Shown: in pieces, positions 54,069 through 56,383 of the stretch
Position numbering within the stretch: the stretch's first letter is position 1
Layout: each line of letters begins with the position of its first letter
Assembly: GCA_035486335.1 (NCBI GenBank)
Contig: DATHND010000088.1
Coordinates: 1-56,383 of the forward strand
Source: Solirubrobacteraceae bacterium
GTDB taxonomy: Bacteria > Actinomycetota > Thermoleophilia > Solirubrobacterales > Solirubrobacteraceae
Direction of reading: 5' to 3'
DNA: 56,383 nucleotides
Notes under the pieces: model-generated
Databases searched by the model: none
The model's input: only the letters and a program-made list of their open reading frames with translations
Told to the model about the DNA's origin: nothing
Made by a program: the position numbers and the translations under genes

Positions 54069-55339
54069 GCGCGACGCGCGTTGCGCCGGGCGCCGGCGCG
54101 CGTGGCTCGGGCGCGCTCGTCACGACGCGCGCGGAGCGCCCGGACGCGGTCGATCGGCTCGCGCGCCGGATCGTGCTCGCGCTGCTGTCGCGGATCCGCC
54201 GCGGCGAGCTGATCGTGCACGAGGACGCGCGCCGCTTTCGCTTCGGCGAGCGCTTGCCCGAGCGTCCGCTGTCGGTCGACCTGACCGTGCGCTCGCCACG
54301 CTTCTACCGCAAGCTGCTGCGCGGCAGCATCGGCCTCGCCGAGGCCTACGTCGACGGGCTGTGGGAGTGCGAGGATCTCGTCACGCTGACGCGCATCGGC
54401 GCGCTCAACGTCGGCGCGCTGGACAGGACGCGCCGCGCCCTCTCCCCGTTGCTCGCTCCGCTGCAGCGCGCCAGCGGCTGGCTGGCGCGCAACACCCGGG
54501 CGCGCTCGCGCAAGCGGATCGCCGCGCACTACGACCTCGGCAACGAGCTGTTCGCGCAGTTTCTCGATCGCACGATGATGTACTCATGCGCCGTGTTCGA
54601 CTCGCCCGAGGCGACGCTCGAGCAGGCGTCGTTGGCGAAGCTCGAGCGGATCTGCGCGAAGCTGCGCCTCGCGCCCGACGATCACGTGCTCGAGATCGGC
54701 ACCGGCTGGGGCGGCTTTGCGCAATACGCCGCGGAGCGTTACGGCTGTCGCGTGACGACGACGACGATCTCCGCCGAGCAGCACTCCTACGCGACGCGGC
54801 GAATCCGCGTCGCCGGCCTCGAGGACCGCGTGACGGTGCTGTTCGAGGACTACCGCAACCTGCGCGGGCGCTACGACAAGCTCGTCTCGATCGAGATGAT
54901 CGAGGCCGTCGGCTGGCAGTACTTCCCGACGTTCTTCCGCCGCTGCTCGGAGCTCGTCGCCGAGGACGGCGCGATGCTGCTGCAGACGATCGTGATCGAG
55001 GATCTCGCCTATGAGGTCGAGAAGGCCGGGCGCAGCTTCATCAACACGCACATCTTCCCCGGCGGGTGCCTACCCTCGCTGCAGGTGATCGCGCGGATGG
55101 TCGCGCGCGTGACCGACTTCCGCGAAGCGCAGTTCGAGGACATCACCGAGCACTACGCGACGACGCTGCGCCACTGGCGCGAGCGCTTCGCGAGCTCCGC
55201 CGCGCGCCTGTCCGAGCTCGGCTACGACGAGCGCTTTCGCCGCCTCTGGGAGCTCTACCTGAGCTACTGCGAGGGTGGCTTTCGCGAGCGCCGCATCCAG
55301 GACGTGCAACTGCTCCTCGCCAAGCCCGGCTTCCGTTGA
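54065..55339 (+). CDS. Cyclopropane-fatty-acyl-phospholipid synthase family methyltransferase (UfaM/UfaA1-like)
   Basis: IAAHYDLGNELF, MMYSCA, LEIGTGWG, SIEMIEAVG, IFPGG, LWELYLSYCEGGF. Confidence 0.93.
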   Translation: MSATRVAPGAGARGSGALVTTRAERPDAVDRLARRIVLALLSRIRRGELIVHEDARRFRFGERLPERPLSVDLTVRSPRFYRKLLRGSIGLAEAYVDGLWECEDLVTLTRIGALNVGALDRTRRALSPLLAPLQRASGWLARNTRARSRKRIAAHYDLGNELFAQFLDRTMMYSCAVFDSPEATLEQASLAKLERICAKLRLAPDDHVLEIGTGWGGFAQYAAERYGCRVTTTTISAEQHSYATRRIRVAGLEDRVTVLFEDYRNLRGRYDKLVSIEMIEAVGWQYFPTFFRRCSELVAEDGAMLLQTIVIEDLAYEVEKAGRSFINTHIFPGGCLPSLQVIARMVARVTDFREAQFEDITEHYATTLRHWRERFASSAARLSELGYDERFRRLWELYLSYCEGGFRERRIQDVQLLLAKPGFR

Positions 55340-55409
55340 TACGCGTGGGTGCGTCTGCACATCGTCCGCGGGTGCGTACGTCCGCGGGTGAGTCTGCGTT
55401 TTCGCCGCC

Positions 55410-55450
55410 CGATAGCAAATGTATATACGGCGTATATGCAATGGCTATCG
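55410..55450. repeat. AT-rich imperfect palindrome
   Basis: CGATAGCAAATGTATATACG-G-CGTATATGCAATGGCTATCG, 17/20 arm match. Confidence 0.7.
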
Positions 55451-55538
55451 GCAGCGACGAGTGCGAACACCGCCCTCGGCGGATAGCCACACTTCGGTCC
55501 GTCGATACGCCCCACGGTCCGCCGATAGGGTCCACATC

Positions 55539-56383
55539 GTGCGCCGCAACCTGTTCGATGACGTCCACGAAGACTTCCGCGCGAGCTTTCGCACGTTCCT
55601 CGCGCGCGAGGTGCTCGGCGAGGAGGGGCGCTACGGCGAGTGGGAGCGCAACGGGATCGTCCCCAGGGAAGTCTTCGCGCTCGCCGGCCAAGGCGGCTTC
55701 CTCGGCATGGCCGTGCCTGAGACCTACGGCGGCGCCGGCGCGGATGACTTCCGTCTGAACCTCGTGATCGGCGAAGAGGTCCAGCGCGCGGGCGTCGGCA
55801 GCTTCGGCCTCGGGATCACACTGCACAACGACATCTGTCTCCCCTATTTCCTGACCTATTGCGACGAGCCCCAGCGCGAGCGCTGGCTCGACGGGATCGC
55901 CTCCGGCGAGCTGATCACGGCGCTCGCGATGACCGAGCCCGGGATCGGCTCGGACCTCGCCGCGATGTCCACGAGCGCGATCCGCGACGGCGACCACTAC
56001 GTCGTCAACGGCGCCAAGACGTTTATCACCAACGGCATCAACGCCGACCTTGTGATCCTCGCCGCGAAGACCGACCCATCCGGGCGCCACAAGGGCATCA
56101 GCCTGATGATCGTCGAGCGCGGCATGGACGGCTTCGAGCGCGGGCGCAACCTCGAGAAGATCGGCCAGCACGCCCAGGACACCGCCGAGCTGTCGTTCGC
56201 CGACGTGCGCGTCCCCGTCGAGAACCTGCTCGGCGACGAGGGCGAGGGCTTCCGCTACCTGGTCGCCAACCTCGCCCAGGAGCGGATCTCGATCGCGGTC
56301 GGCGCCCTCGCCTCCGCCCGCGCCGGCCTCGAGATCACGCTCGCCTACGTGCGCGAGCGGCGCGCGTTCGGGCAGCCAATCGG
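55539..56383 (+). CDS. Acyl-CoA dehydrogenase (runs off the window edge)
   Basis: Manual translation MRRNLFDDVHEDFR..ALAMTEPGIGSDL..NGAKTFITNG..GQHAQDTAELSF..QERISIA. Confidence 0.95.
   Translation, partial: MRRNLFDDVHEDFRASFRTFLAREVLGEEGRYGEWERNGIVPREVFALAGQGGFLGMAVPETYGGAGADDFRLNLVIGEEVQRAGVGSFGLGITLHNDICLPYFLTYCDEPQRERWLDGIASGELITALAMTEPGIGSDLAAMSTSAIRDGDHYVVNGAKTFITNGINADLVILAAKTDPSGRHKGISLMIVERGMDGFERGRNLEKIGQHAQDTAELSFADVRVPVENLLGDEGEGFRYLVANLAQERISIAVGALASARAGLEITLAYVRERRAFGQPI

Noticed and set aside
55410-55450. dif site
   Set aside because: It lacks the XerD arm (TTATGTNAA-like) and the 11-6-11 layout.

Overview
Very high-GC chromosomal window from a deep-branching actinobacterium. 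Gene content (mIHF together with RecJ, PyrK, RNase Z and fused SecDF) suggests Thermoleophilia/Solirubrobacterales; this is an inference. It is mostly core genome on the minus strand: M16 peptidase-pnp-(peroxiredoxin)-rpsO-ribF-truB-nrnA-rbfA-infB-ylxR-nusA-rimP; coaBC-rpoZ-gmk-mihF; a pyr operon with a PyrR site; rnz/tRNA-Arg(CCG); relA-recJ-secDF-ruvBAC-yebC; pdxST. No integrase, transposase, prophage or CRISPR array was seen. Most interesting elements: (1) a divergent five-gene cluster around a CtaG-family gene, rich in His/Cys metal-ligand motifs (candidate copper uptake/delivery system); (2) a P4-less SAM-I riboswitch controlling a 'threonine synthase' + sulfur-carrier pair (probably sulfur amino-acid synthesis); (3) a three-copy mosaic hairpin repeat at gene 3' ends, with one copy translated as the C-terminus of the ThrC-like protein and one flanked by a 16-bp duplication of the ruvA/ruvB junction; (4) an oxidoreductase-DUF1365-Cfa cluster (furan fatty acid-like) with a TGATCC-N15-GCGTA ECF promoter; (5) a NusA with a C-terminal CCCH motif, and a Zn-ribbon-PAS protein where yajC usually lies. 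All product calls come from motif recognition by eye; no searches were run and some start codons are best guesses.
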